From the NCBI GenBank assembly GCA_963842885.1, contig CAWJIE010000003.1, positions 448,001-512,000 of the forward strand: 64,000 nucleotides of DNA, in the 5' to 3' direction. Position numbers and translations under genes: made by a program. The DNA is from an uncultured Nitrososphaerota archaeon (GTDB lineage: Archaea; Thermoproteota; Nitrososphaeria; Conexivisphaerales; DTJL01). Numbering within the stretch: position 1 is the stretch's first letter; each line of letters opens with the position of its first letter. The notes below the pieces were generated by a model. The model made no database searches. It had not been told where the DNA came from and saw nothing but the letters and a program-made list of their open reading frames with translations. This document shows positions 1 through 10,563 of this stretch, piece by piece.

Positions 1-36
1 AGGTCCCATCCGGACGAAGACGCAACACCAGGCCCA

Positions 37-276
37 CTAAACCATCACCTTTGCGACCCGGGGTTTCTCCAAGGCTTGGAAGACGCACAGGTCCTTCTCG
101 GCCAGCTTGGCCAACTCGTGCGAAAGGTTCCTGCGAGTGATGTGTTGACAGACGACGACGCCCTTGGTGGGCTGCCCATGTTCGTCCCTCGCCGTGACCC
201 TGACCGCGTACCAGAACGGTGGGTACTTGCCGTCTATGTCGGTCAAGTCCATTTCCATATGATTGTCTGACGTCAT
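37..276 (-). CDS. Small hypothetical protein (79 aa)
   Basis: ATG-started ORF with protein-like composition and AT-rich TATA-like sequence just upstream (~289-300); no recognisable motif. Confidence 0.45.
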   Translation of the reverse strand: MTSDNHMEMDLTDIDGKYPPFWYAVRVTARDEHGQPTKGVVVCQHITRRNLSHELAKLAEKDLCVFQALEKPRVAKVMV

Positions 277-348
277 GTCACACCCGCCATAATATATGAT
301 TTATCTTAATAGACAATTTACTATAAGGCCTATAGGTCTTGCTTAATA

Positions 349-366
349 GAATAAATAAAAAGGGGT
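349..366 (-). terminator. Probable oligo-T terminator of the exported Mo-enzyme operon
   Basis: Minus strand reads CCCCTTTTTATTTATT about 40 bp after the stop at 403; archaeal terminators are typically T-tracts. Confidence 0.4.
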
Positions 367-402
367 GTTGGGGATGAAGCGACAAACTCCATCCTCAACT
401 TC

Positions 403-1362
403 CTACGTCAGTATCGCTCTGCTTACTAGAGTCTGGACGATGTTAACCTTGTAGTGGTTGTTGGTCATCGGAACGGCGTCGGCTACTGCGGCTGCTCCAG
501 CGGCCGCTGCTACTGTGGAACTGATGGCGTTGCCTTTCAGGGCGGTCTCTGCTCCAGTCGCCTCGATCGGAGTCGGAGCGACTCCACCCAGCCAGATGTT
601 GGCCGTGGTGATGGTCGATGTCGCCGGCGCACACATCAGGCCCACGCTCGCGATGGCGAAGTCGAAGCTCTGCCTGAGCTGTTGCTTGATGAAGACCTGC
701 TTGTTGCCCGTCGGAGGAGTCGGCACGTCTATTTCAGTAATGATTTCGTCGGCGGCGAGGACGTGACCCGGAGAGAGGTCCTTGAAGAACTGGCTGATCG
801 GTATGGTCTGCTTGCTCGTCTTGACCGATGCCCCGAGGGCGAGCAGCGCGATGGCAGTGTCCGACGCGGCCACGGCGTTGCAACCTCCAGCTCCGCCGAA
901 TATGCTGTGGAATGTGTTGTCTCCAGCCGTCGCGTAGCATGTGCTTCCTCCCTTCCTCAGGCAGTTGAACAGGTCGTACTCCCAGCGGTAGTACCAGCAC
1001 CAGACCTCCTGGCTGATGTTTCCACCTATGGTCCCTATGTTCCTGATGTTCGGAGTGGCCACCCAGTTGGCGGCCGTGGCGAGCATGGGGTAGGTGCTAA
1101 GGATCGTCGAGTTGGTGGCGACGCTCGCCAGGGTGGCGAGGGCCCCCACGTGCAGCCCAGACGAATCCGAAGTTATCGCATCGAGGCCAGGAATCGTCTT
1201 GAGGTTGATGAGGTAGTCGGGGAGATCATTTCTGATGAACCCCTTCAACTGGTGAGTCAGGTCCGTCCCTGCGCCTATGACCTTGGCTGCGCTTCCGTAC
1301 TTGTCCAGCATCGCAACTGCGTCGGCTACCGATGTCGCGTCATAGTGATTGATGACTTTCAT
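403..1362 (-). CDS. Xanthine dehydrogenase-family FAD-binding subunit, PaoB/YagS/HcrB type with a [4Fe-4S] insert
   Basis: GAGTDL and IRNIGTIGGN FAD motifs; four-Cys insert CWYYR...CLRKGGSTCY...GGC; C-terminal LGGVAPTP and NHYKV. Confidence 0.92.
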   Translation of the reverse strand: MKVINHYDATSVADAVAMLDKYGSAAKVIGAGTDLTHQLKGFIRNDLPDYLINLKTIPGLDAITSDSSGLHVGALATLASVATNSTILSTYPMLATAANWVATPNIRNIGTIGGNISQEVWCWYYRWEYDLFNCLRKGGSTCYATAGDNTFHSIFGGAGGCNAVAASDTAIALLALGASVKTSKQTIPISQFFKDLSPGHVLAADEIITEIDVPTPPTGNKQVFIKQQLRQSFDFAIASVGLMCAPATSTITTANIWLGGVAPTPIEATGAETALKGNAISSTVAAAAGAAAVADAVPMTNNHYKVNIVQTLVSRAILT

Positions 1363-1366
1363 TCTA

Positions 1367-3599
1367 CTACACCACCTTTCCTAACGCCGCCAGAACCTTC
1401 CATGGCGTTGCCGGCTGCGACCTGACCCATTTCCCTGTCGCGTTGTAGATTGCGTTGACGATTGCAGCTGCTGGGGGCGACAGCGGCGGCTCCCCCAAGC
1501 CCTTGGCGCCAAACGGACCGATGGCATCATTCGACTGGACGACGATTGGAGTGAAGCTGTCCGGGGGCGGTATGTCCATGCTGGTGGGGAACCTGTGGCC
1601 CAGGAAGCTGGGGTTCAGCGGAACTCCGTTGTTCTGGTCGACGTACCATTGCCACATCAGCTCGTACCCAATGGACTGCACCGTTCCGCTTTCGATCTGA
1701 CCTTCGCAGGCCAGCATTGAGTCGGCCGTTCCCACGTCGTCGGACTGCACCACTCTCGTGACCTCGACGGCACCCGTGTCTTCGTCGACCGCGATCTCGA
1801 CTGCTGCGGCGGACGTCGTCCTGATGACCTTCGATGTGTCATATGGCGTGTACCCGTAGCCCACGATGGGTGACGTAGACGCGGCCAGGACGGCCGCGTG
1901 CGTCACGAACTTGGTCGAGTCGCTCGTGAGGTAGATCTTCCCTAATTTGGCGGAAAGCTTGTCGGGCGTGGTATTCAGCATCGGGGCGGCGACCGCGAAG
2001 AGCTGTGCTAAGACGCTCTCGCCTGCAGCCTTTACGGCGTGTCCCGATGTGACTGTCCTCGTGCTTCCACCTTGTCCCCCGCAGTTCTGGGTTACCGCCG
2101 TGTTGCCGTATTCGCCAACCTTCACGTCCCCTGCGTTGGCGCCCAGCGCTTCAGCCGCGACATAGGACAAAGAGGAGACCGACGCCTGTATGCTCGACTG
2201 GCCGACGTTCAGGAAGAACCCGCCGTCGGCAGTCGTCGTGATGATGGCACAGTCGACTTCGCCTCCCCACTGACCCTTGTTGCAGACATATCCGCTGATG
2301 CCGATTCCATAATACCTGCCGTCGGGGAGCACCACGGTGCCCGGAGCTTTGTGCTTTGTCGACCATCCGATGCTGGTGGCCACGTCCTGGATGTTATGAT
2401 TCAGGGCCATGCTTCCGAAGGGCAATCCCTGCACGCCGGTGTTGAGGCCCAATGACCCGTTGTCCAAGTCGCCCAGTTTCTTTATGTTCTTGAGCATGAA
2501 CGCAACCTTGTCCATGCTCAGCTTCTCGCACAACTGTTCGATTACGGGCTCCATGTCGAAGAGGCCGCCTGGCTCTCCTACGCACCTCCAGTACGCGCCC
2601 TGGGGCTTGTTCGTGACGATCGTGTGACCGGTGAAGCTGGCGTTGGGCACATTGAAGGTAATCTGCAGAGGCGATATCGCGTCGCCCACTGCCGGCCACG
2701 GGAAGGCCCCGATGTCGGTCCAGAATGTGGCCTGTATGGCCATGAGCGTCCCGTCGCTCTTGGCGCCCAGCTTTATGTCACCCCTGTCGGCGTACTGCTG
2801 CGTTGCGGATAGGTAGTTCTGGTGCCTGGTCAGTTGGTACTGCACTGGGGCCCCCGCCTTCTTGGCAAGGACCGCAGCCACGACATTGTGCGTGTTGAAG
2901 TTAAGGTCACCGAACGCCCCACCGGTGCCGTGGGTGATGACGGTCACGTTGTTCAAAGGAATGTTTAGGGCCCCGGCTAGGGTGGCCCGGAAGGAGAACG
3001 GGTTCTGAGAGTTCGTGTAGACGGTGAGTTGGTCCTGATTGCTTTGGTCCCAAACGGCGATGCAGGCCCTAGGCTCGAAGGGTCGAATGCTGGTATGACG
3101 CTGACATCCCTATGGTGTCTTCGACGACTACGTCCGAGGCGGCGAAGCCTGCGTTGACGTCGCCCCAAGTTGCCGTCAGAGGCTCTCCTACTTCGTTGGT
3201 GTTCGGGATGAGTCCGGTCAGCGGCGCGCCAGAGGCCATTGCCTTGTCGATGTCCACAACCCACGGCAGCGTCTGATACGTCACATTGACCAGTTTCAGG
3301 GCTTGGGAAGCGATGTGCTCGTCCGTGGCGGCTACGCCGCACACCTCTTGACCTACATAGAAGAGCTCCTGGGTCATTATGGGGCAGTCCACGTACGTCG
3401 TGACTGCCTTGACGCCCGGAAGGGCCATCGCGGCGCTGGTGTCTATGGCGGTTATCTTCGCATGGGGGTACGGGCTGCCTAGCATCCTCGCGTAGAGCTT
3501 GCCTTCGAAGACGTGGTCGGTCGAGAAGTCGTGCTTGCCCGTTGCCTTCTGCAGTCCAAGCTTGTCTGGGTTAGCATTGCCTAACACATTGAGAGACAT
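1367..3599 (-). CDS. Xanthine dehydrogenase-family molybdopterin-binding subunit, split by a +1 frameshift near 3078
   Basis: The N-part has SPYPHAKI..IDTSAA.ALPGVKAV. Removing one T from ACCCTTCGAGCC restores HSTLEPRACIAVW in frame with ORF 1367..2956, which has GGAFG, GGSTRT, EGQIESG and FGAKGLGEP. Confidence 0.9.
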
Positions 3600-3601
3600 G
3601 T

Positions 3602-4582
3602 CTAGCTACCTCCCACTGACGCTATAGCCATCTCTATCTTCCTGTAGTTGCCACAACAGCACATGTTGCCCGATATGGCCTGTTGTATCTGAGCCATCGT
3701 CGGGTTGGGGTTGGCAGTCAGAAGCGCCTTCGCTTGCATTATCATGCCTGGAGTACAGTAGCCACACTGAGATCCTTCGTACGTTAGCCATGCCGTCTGC
3801 AGTGGATCAAGGTTGTTCCCATAGTTGCTTAACCCTTCTAGGGTCGTTATCGCGTGGCCTTCCGCTTCAATCGCCAGGATCTGGCACGAGTTGACAGCCA
3901 TTCCATCCATCATGACGGTGCATGCCCCGCATTCGCCCAATGAGCAGCCATCCTTCACTGAGAAGAGGTGGAGCTGCTCCCTGAGCACTTCCAAGAGAGA
4001 CCAGTTGGCCTGTACCAGGAGCGTCTCAGGGTTCCCGTTCACGGTGAGCGTCACTACTTTGGACGCCACCGGCGGAACTGGCGTCGGAGCGCCGGTAACC
4101 ATCACCGTCGCAGTGCCGTAGCCCTGCATCCCGTTGCTGTCGGTGACGGTCACGAGGGCCGTGTAGTTCCCGCCAGCCGTATACGTGTGAGACCCGCTCG
4201 CAGTCAGGGTGCTTCCATCGCCGCATGCGATGCTTATGGTGTATGGAGAAGTCCCACCGCTTGGAGTAGCGGTGAGCGTGACGGAGGAACCTGCTGAAAC
4301 GGTGCCCGGAGTGGCCGCCAGTGCGACGGTGACTGCCGGTGGCACCACCGTCTTCGTGGTCGTTGCCGTTGCTGTAGTTGTTGCCGTGGTCGTTGATGTG
4401 GTCGTACCACCCGTGATCGTCTTAGTCGACGTGGATGTGGATGTCTTTGACGGCAGGCCCGGTATCCTTATCCCTTCCTCGACACCTGCCACAACTACGG
4501 CGCCCACCACTGCGCCTGCTCCTGCTCCCTTCAAGAAGTCCCTTCTCGTCGTTTGCTTCTTTTCGGTAGTTTCTGTTGTCAT
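3602..4582 (-). CDS. Tat-signal, Thr-rich linker, PKD-like domain and 2x[2Fe-2S] small subunit fusion
   Basis: N-terminal TRRDFLK plus hydrophobic stretch; poly-Thr linker; PKD-like GDGS...HTYTAGGNYTALVTVTD; CoxS motifs GCSLGECGACTV and QCGYCTPG...NMCCCGNY. Confidence 0.92.
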   Translation of the reverse strand: MTTETTEKKQTTRRDFLKGAGAGAVVGAVVVAGVEEGIRIPGLPSKTSTSTSTKTITGGTTTSTTTATTTATATTTKTVVPPAVTVALAATPGTVSAGSSVTLTATPSGGTSPYTISIACGDGSTLTASGSHTYTAGGNYTALVTVTDSNGMQGYGTATVMVTGAPTPVPPVASKVVTLTVNGNPETLLVQANWSLLEVLREQLHLFSVKDGCSLGECGACTVMMDGMAVNSCQILAIEAEGHAITTLEGLSNYGNNLDPLQTAWLTYEGSQCGYCTPGMIMQAKALLTANPNPTMAQIQQAISGNMCCCGNYRKIEMAIASVGGS

Positions 4583-5036
4583 CTAGGAGCTACCTCCTAG
4601 TTGACAAAATCGTTTTCCTCTAGTAAGGAGAAAATTCATGGTCGTGAGTATTACACTCTCCGAACGCTTATGCGGCTTCGCAGCTAATAAGCATTTGAAG
4701 CACCAAAAGTTATACATATAGCGCGCTGTTTGTGTAGACCGTCTATGGTAAACTGTGTCGTTTCCCTGGTAAGCTAGACCGTTTGCCTCAGCCATGGGTC
4801 GTGGTTCCCAGACCTGCGAAAATCACTCATCAGGAAGACCTTGGAGCTCAAAGGTGTTCCTTTTCGGGGTTCATGTGACTGCGCATTCGCACATGAAGGG
4901 AATGGTCGCTCAACAACGACAATCTGACTGCGGCGGCGATCGACCAGGCTCTTCCTGACCCTCTTTACGACGGCGGCTGGCGCGCCTGCGGGAGAGTGTG
5001 TTGTCTTCCCATTTGCAGCAGGAAGGTCCGAGCCTT

Positions 5037-6038
5037 TCATGGTTCTGGCTTCCGCGCGACCGCGAACCAGAGCCCGCTCCCGACCGGGAGGAACCGCAGG
5101 CGCCTGAATCCTGCCTCGCGCAGAAGGCCGATCAGCTCCGACCTGGAAAGGAAGCTAGCCCCCAGCAGAGCGAAGTCCAGTTGCATTCCTCTCATCAGCC
5201 CGTATGTGGCTCCCCTCCAGCCCTCCTTGTCGTCCAGAAGGCCCTCCGCCACGACCAGGGCGCCTCCCGGACTCAGGGCCTCCCAGCACTTCTTCAGTGC
5301 CTTCGTCCTCTGACTCATCACGCAGAGCACCTCCCCGAGGTAGACCAGGTCGAATTCGTTCGAAAATGGCATCTCCTCGGCCGCCCCCGACATGAACCGT
5401 ACCGAAGCTGGGCCCGCGTCTTTGACCCTGTCCACCGCTTTCTTCATGGCGACGGGGTCCGATTCGACGCCGGTGTAGGCAGGGAGAGGGAAGGATGCGC
5501 TCATGCGGAGGACCCAGTCTCCGGTCCCAGACCCCACGTCCAGTATCTTCGTCCTTCTGTGGAATACGGACCTCACATCGGGGACTCCGGGCAGGACCAC
5601 CTCTAGGAAGCACGTATGGTCCCATCTGGTGGCCTCCTTGAACGCCTCGACCAAGTGTGGAGCGTTCCCAGATACCGTGCCGTCCTTGAAGAACCCGTCG
5701 AAGGCGTCGTAGTCGAGGCTCCTGAGGGCTAGGTACGACGCCTGCCCTCCCAGGTAGTCTCTGTGCGTTTCCTCAACCAGAAGCTCCTCCATCCCGCGGG
5801 CCAGGCGATACTTGCCCCCCCGTCTGGTGACGATGCCCAACGAATAGGCGGCTTCGCACCAGAGGTTCAGACCTTTGAAATACAATCCGGTCCTCTTGGC
5901 CAGATCGTCCGTGGTCACGGGGCCGTTCGACTTCACGAAGGCGCGCAGGATGCCATACCTCCGACCAAGATGTATGACCCAGATTCGGTAGAAGCCCAGC
6001 GAGCTCTGCAGGAGTCGATCGAAGTCCAAGGGCCGCAT
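5037..6038 (-). CDS. Class I SAM-dependent methyltransferase with N-terminal winged-helix domain
   Basis: ILDVGSGTG motif I and FDLVYL motif; N-terminal HTH-like TTDDLAKRTGL...LNLWCEA. The start is taken at MRPLDF (6038), not 6308. Confidence 0.85.
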   Translation of the reverse strand: MRPLDFDRLLQSSLGFYRIWVIHLGRRYGILRAFVKSNGPVTTDDLAKRTGLYFKGLNLWCEAAYSLGIVTRRGGKYRLARGMEELLVEETHRDYLGGQASYLALRSLDYDAFDGFFKDGTVSGNAPHLVEAFKEATRWDHTCFLEVVLPGVPDVRSVFHRRTKILDVGSGTGDWVLRMSASFPLPAYTGVESDPVAMKKAVDRVKDAGPASVRFMSGAAEEMPFSNEFDLVYLGEVLCVMSQRTKALKKCWEALSPGGALVVAEGLLDDKEGWRGATYGLMRGMQLDFALLGASFLSRSELIGLLREAGFRRLRFLPVGSGLWFAVARKPEP

Positions 6039-6243
6039 GAAAGCGCCTCGTCGAGGTATATATCGTTGGCACATATTGTGGGGCATCCGCCTGCGATGGG
6101 GGCATGGTCGTTGGGTAGATCGGCGGAGTGGAGCGCCCTCACCATGGTCGACGCCCAAGTCAAATCCAATGCGACGTTTGATGGCATGACAGCACCAAGA
6201 CGTTAATAGGGAATCGGCGGGAGTGTAGGCAAAGGCAAAACGC

Positions 6244-6913
6244 ATGAACCTTCGGGGTTGGTTCCGTTCCTTCAGGGCGGGAGAGGTGGAAATCCTCGCC
6301 CTGCTCAAGCGACATGTCGAGCTGAGCCTTAAGGCGTCCAGGCTGATTCAGAGACGTGTTTGACCGTCTGGCAGCGGGGGACCATGCAGCTGCCTACGTG
6401 TCTTACCTTGAAATCGACAAGGTCGAGACAGAAGCGGACGGCGTGCATAGGGAGCTCGTCGACAAGCTGAGCACAGGGGTGTTCTTCGCCAACCTCGGCA
6501 CGGACTTAATGAGCTTGGCCGAGAACGTCGACGGCGTGGCCGACAGCGCCAAGGCAGCCGCCAAGATACTCATCCAGCGGCACCTCGGGGCGGCCGAGCT
6601 GGCCTCCATAAAGGAGAAGGTGACCGAGCTACTGGCGGTGACCGTCAAGGCGGTGTCGTCGTTGGAGATTGCCATCGAGGACTTGGGGAGAGGGAAAGGT
6701 GACCTTGTCATGCGTGCGCATGAAGTCGAAGAGTACGAGGAGTCGGCCGACGTGCTCAAGGAGGCCCTCATAGAGCACATCTTCACGCTGGACCTCCCCG
6801 TGCTCTCCGTGCTTCAGCTGAGGGACTTCGTGAACATGGTGGACAACGTCTCCGACAGCGCCGAAGACGGCGCTGACGTCTTGTTCATCTTGGCGTCGAA
6901 GGGGTACAGTTGA
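6244..6913 (+). CDS. DUF47/PhoU-like phosphate transport regulator, frameshift near 6347
   Basis: Duplicated E..AD...D..ED helical motifs (ETEADG, EESADV, DNVSDSAED); overlaps the PiT gene. Upstream frame MNLRGWF...SLKASRLI joins after removing one T in TGATTCAG. Confidence 0.85.
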
Positions 6914-7815
6914 TCCTCCCGGACGCGGTCCTGCTCCTTGTCGCATTCGTCTTCGGGGCGAACAACATAGGCGTCATCAGATCGTCCTTCCAATACTTGT
7001 CGGGGAGGGACACCGGTCTGTACCTTGGAGCAAGCTCGCTGGCCTTCGCCGTAGGCTACCTCGTGGAGGGCTCCAAGGTCAAGGCGACCTTCACGACGAG
7101 CCTGACGTCGGCGGGCGGAGGTGCGTCGCTGGTGGCCCTGTCCACGGTACTGGTGCTGATGACCGTCTTCACCCTGCTAAAGCTCCCTGCCAGCATTTCG
7201 AGTACCGTGTTGGGAGCCATGGTGGGCGTTTCGCTCGCCATGAACGCCCGGCTTCAGGTGAACTTGATGAGTTCGGTGATCGTGGCTTGGCTGGTCGCCC
7301 CGCTGTCTGCTGGCCTCATCGCCCTTCTCCTCCACAGGACCTTCCTGTCGGCGGTGGGGAGGGGTTCTCTCGTCTCGGCGGCGTCATCGTCTAGGTACAT
7401 GGGGATTGCCGCCCTCCTTTTCACCAGCTATACCCTCGGCGCCAATAACTTGGGCATGATGTTGGGATTCTCATCGGGTCCCGCGGTTTCCGTCCTCGTC
7501 GTCCTGGTGGCCATCGGGGGCGGCCTCCTCTTCAGCAGGTCGGTGGCCTGGTTGCTCGGATGGAAGATGGCCGTCCTGAGTCCCTCGGAGTACCTTTCGG
7601 CCCTCCTGGGGGCCAGCCTGACCCTTTGGGTCTACACGGAGCTCGGCATCCCCAGCAGCCTCACGCAGGCCATCGTGGGGGCCATGGTGGTCCTCTCCAT
7701 CGAAAGGAAGCCCTCCATCGTCAACCTGAAGGTGCTCTACGAGGTCCTGGGCTCATGGGTCTTCCTCCTGCTCTCCTCTCTGGTGGTGGCCTTCCTGACC
7801 AGCCTGCTCCTATAG
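6910..7815 (+). CDS. PiT-family inorganic phosphate transporter
   Basis: Two GANN signature motifs, LPASIS and IPSSLTQAIVGA repeats, many TM helices, paired with DUF47. Confidence 0.9.
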   Translation: MILPDAVLLLVAFVFGANNIGVIRSSFQYLSGRDTGLYLGASSLAFAVGYLVEGSKVKATFTTSLTSAGGGASLVALSTVLVLMTVFTLLKLPASISSTVLGAMVGVSLAMNARLQVNLMSSVIVAWLVAPLSAGLIALLLHRTFLSAVGRGSLVSAASSSRYMGIAALLFTSYTLGANNLGMMLGFSSGPAVSVLVVLVAIGGGLLFSRSVAWLLGWKMAVLSPSEYLSALLGASLTLWVYTELGIPSSLTQAIVGAMVVLSIERKPSIVNLKVLYEVLGSWVFLLLSSLVVAFLTSLLL

Positions 7816-7894
7816 GTCCCTCCTCCTTCGTCGGGGTCATGAGACTGAGCGCCCCGACGTCTCCAACTTTATAGCTTCCCTCGGCCCATCGCTG

Positions 7895-8395
7895 GTGCCC
7901 TTGCCCAAGCTGCTGATATTCTGCGGCATCCCGGGGACAGGTAAATCGACGATCGCCAGGCTCGTGGCGGCAAGGCTAGAGGGCACGGTGCACATTCAGA
8001 CAGACGCGGTCAGGTGGATGATTTACCATCCCACATACACCAACGAGGAGTCGGAGTTCGTCTATGCGGTCTGTATCATGCTGGCGGGGGAGGCCCTCCA
8101 ACGAGGCTACAACGCCATCTTGGACGGCACGTTCCTCAGGGAAGAGTATAGGGAGGAGGCCTTGAGACAGCTTCGCGGCGCATACGACTCCTACCTTGTG
8201 GTATACGTCCACTGCGACGTAAGGACCGCCTATATGAGGAACATGTCGCGCGAGGCAAGCGTCCCCCAAGACAGGTTCAACCAGATGCTTTCTCGACTGC
8301 AGGAACCTGCCAGCGCCTTGAAGGTAGACTCGGAGAAGACGTCGGCCGAGCTCGCCGCCGAGGCAGTTCTCGCCCAGATAAGCGGAAGCGGCTAG
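7895..8395 (+). CDS. P-loop kinase (AAA_33 / predicted nucleotide kinase family)
   Basis: Walker A GIPGTGKST, TDAVR, ILDGTF and lid RNMSR. Confidence 0.85.
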   Translation: MPLPKLLIFCGIPGTGKSTIARLVAARLEGTVHIQTDAVRWMIYHPTYTNEESEFVYAVCIMLAGEALQRGYNAILDGTFLREEYREEALRQLRGAYDSYLVVYVHCDVRTAYMRNMSREASVPQDRFNQMLSRLQEPASALKVDSEKTSAELAAEAVLAQISGSG

Positions 8396-8680
8396 GAATC
8401 GTCACGAATGATTCGAGGGGACGTCACGACAGGGAGGAAGCCCATTGCCCTGGTTTCTGGAAAGCCAATACCGTCATTCGTCACACACAACGCCAAGTGA
8501 ATCCGAGCGCCTTGACCGGTAGGACTGCAGAGAGCTCATTTGACAGCGGCTCATACTGCATCTGCAGGCGACATAGACAACATGGCTACACGGCTTATGG
8601 GAACCTTCCAGGAGCACACTTCGAAGCATGGCTATGAGCTTCACTCTGACCCGGCTAGCGCAGTTCCGGGGATCTCCTGC

Positions 8681-9634
8681 TCATAGGCTGACGTAGCTCA
8701 GCTTCAGCCTTTCGTATTTCAGGGTCAGCTGTATCGCGAAGTCCGAAGCCTCGATGGCCACGGCCGGAGAGGGCACCTTTGATGCGCTTCTTGGGGTCGC
8801 TCGCACTCCAGCCCGCGCCTTAGTGAGCTTGAGATACTTCACTCGCTCCTCTTCGTCCAACATCGTCAGAGTGTCCACCAGGAAATGGAGGTGATATACT
8901 GCTTGACTGACGTCCAGCGCCAGAGCACGCACTTCGGGAGTTGGGTAGCCCAGGGCGTATTCGTCCGGCTTCAGCATCCTCTGGAGCAGGTCGGTGCTGT
9001 CCGAACCGAGAGCCGTGGACAGCCAGGCGCCTCCGACCTCGCCTGCGACGGTGACCCAGTCAGCCAGCACATCCTCCAACAGCTGGCCGGACATCTCGAC
9101 GGACGCCATGTAGTCGCCGCGTGCAAGGGCGTCCTCGGAGGCCAGGGCGGTCTCCCTCCAGGTTTGGTTCTTAATCTGAAGGGCGAGCGACAGGTCCTTC
9201 CAAGGCACTCCGATGACGTTTTCACAAAGCGTCACAATGAGCTGCTCCACTTCGTCGACCCTTCCTGAGACATCTGAATCTATGAGCGCCTGGTGGTAGA
9301 TAGCATTCCTTGCATTTTCGACGGCCCAGACCAGGCTCAGCTGCTCCTCGCTCAGGGCCGAGTCCGGCGCCACCTTGTTCACGACCTTCCTGGCGTCCTC
9401 GACTAAATTGACGAACTTCATCTTGTCGATTCCCTCGAAATATTGACCGGAGAATCCGAGGGTGTGTCCGTTCTCGCGCAATACCGACCTGAACGTCCAT
9501 TCCAGGGCCTGATGCGCCTCGAGGATGGACAGCATCTGGTTGAATCTCGCGTCGACGGTCGAGTTGTATACGGCGCTTTCGACCAGAGCCCTCAGCAACA
9601 GGAGCTTCTCCTTGACGCCTGCGGAGGCCTTCAT
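8681..9634 (-). CDS. Hypothetical all-helical protein with a HEPN-like RxxxxH motif
   Basis: 317-aa ORF; HQALE..FR helix followed later by ARNAIYH. Confidence 0.6.
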   Translation of the reverse strand: MKASAGVKEKLLLLRALVESAVYNSTVDARFNQMLSILEAHQALEWTFRSVLRENGHTLGFSGQYFEGIDKMKFVNLVEDARKVVNKVAPDSALSEEQLSLVWAVENARNAIYHQALIDSDVSGRVDEVEQLIVTLCENVIGVPWKDLSLALQIKNQTWRETALASEDALARGDYMASVEMSGQLLEDVLADWVTVAGEVGGAWLSTALGSDSTDLLQRMLKPDEYALGYPTPEVRALALDVSQAVYHLHFLVDTLTMLDEEERVKYLKLTKARAGVRATPRSASKVPSPAVAIEASDFAIQLTLKYERLKLSYVSL

Positions 9635-9819
9635 GGCGACGATTCGGACTTTCTTCCTGTATTACTTAAGCGTTGAAGTCGTTGACCCGAAAAGGAATCT
9701 GTCGTAGGCCCATCACACAAGGAGAGTTTCACATCCCACTAGTACGGGTCACTTCAAGGAGGTAACCCGAATCGCTCAAATAGCCGCGTTAGCTCATAGG
9801 TGATCCCGTCACTAGGTGG

Positions 9820-10344
9820 ATGCTGTTGCAAGCCGAGCCCCTGGATTCGTTGCTCAAGGAGATATTGAATAGGTACAACGAGAGCCCCGGGGGCTGGAGG
9901 ATCTTCGCCGACGCCAAGGGCAATATGCTCGTCCTGGGGCCGGGGACGGGCTACAGGTTGAAGCTGCTGTCCCTCAATCCGGCCGAGGTCACGGGGGTCG
10001 GAGTCGACATCTCCTCGGAGGAGGCCCCGGGCATGCCGCTCGACGTTCCCTCCTACGGCTACCGGCCCCTCTCCCACGTTGATGTGGTCCAGCTCTTCTC
10101 ATCCTTACGGCGAAACGCGCCGGTGCCGCAGGGGCTCGTTGACGGCCTCCTAGGCATAAAGCCCGTGCCCACTTGGGACTTGAAGGGGGAGAGCTCCCAC
10201 GGCGTCTTGACCGGGCCCATCATAGCTCACCCCGACCTGGCCTCAATCTCCCGAGGACAGAGGGAGCTCGACGCGAAGCTGACCTTGGAGGCGGACAGGC
10301 TCTTCAGGACCAAGTATCCCTTCAGGGCCGGCATCTACGGCTAG
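9820..10344 (+). CDS. Hypothetical protein (174 aa)
   Basis: Host-like codon usage with GGTGG before ATG; no motif recognised. Confidence 0.7.
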   Translation: MLLQAEPLDSLLKEILNRYNESPGGWRIFADAKGNMLVLGPGTGYRLKLLSLNPAEVTGVGVDISSEEAPGMPLDVPSYGYRPLSHVDVVQLFSSLRRNAPVPQGLVDGLLGIKPVPTWDLKGESSHGVLTGPIIAHPDLASISRGQRELDAKLTLEADRLFRTKYPFRAGIYG

Positions 10345-10563
10345 CCAAGCCTACATCCAGCCAAGGCACTGGACACAATGGCGTCCATCAATACCTAGCT
10401 CCCGAGCCATGATGGTGGCGGAGGCAAAAGGCCTTAAGATGATTTGGAAGTATTCCTTCATGGAGGAGGCTTCGACGCGCCTCCGCCGATAGTCTCCCTG
10501 CACCCATGTGCCCCTTGAGCTCTCGGGTCGGGAGTCCCGTTAGGTTTCTGTGACGCCCATTAA

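Noticed and set aside
4330-4450. Thr-codon-rich stretch as a DNA tandem repeat
   Set aside because: Codons vary; it is explained by the protein's low-complexity linker.
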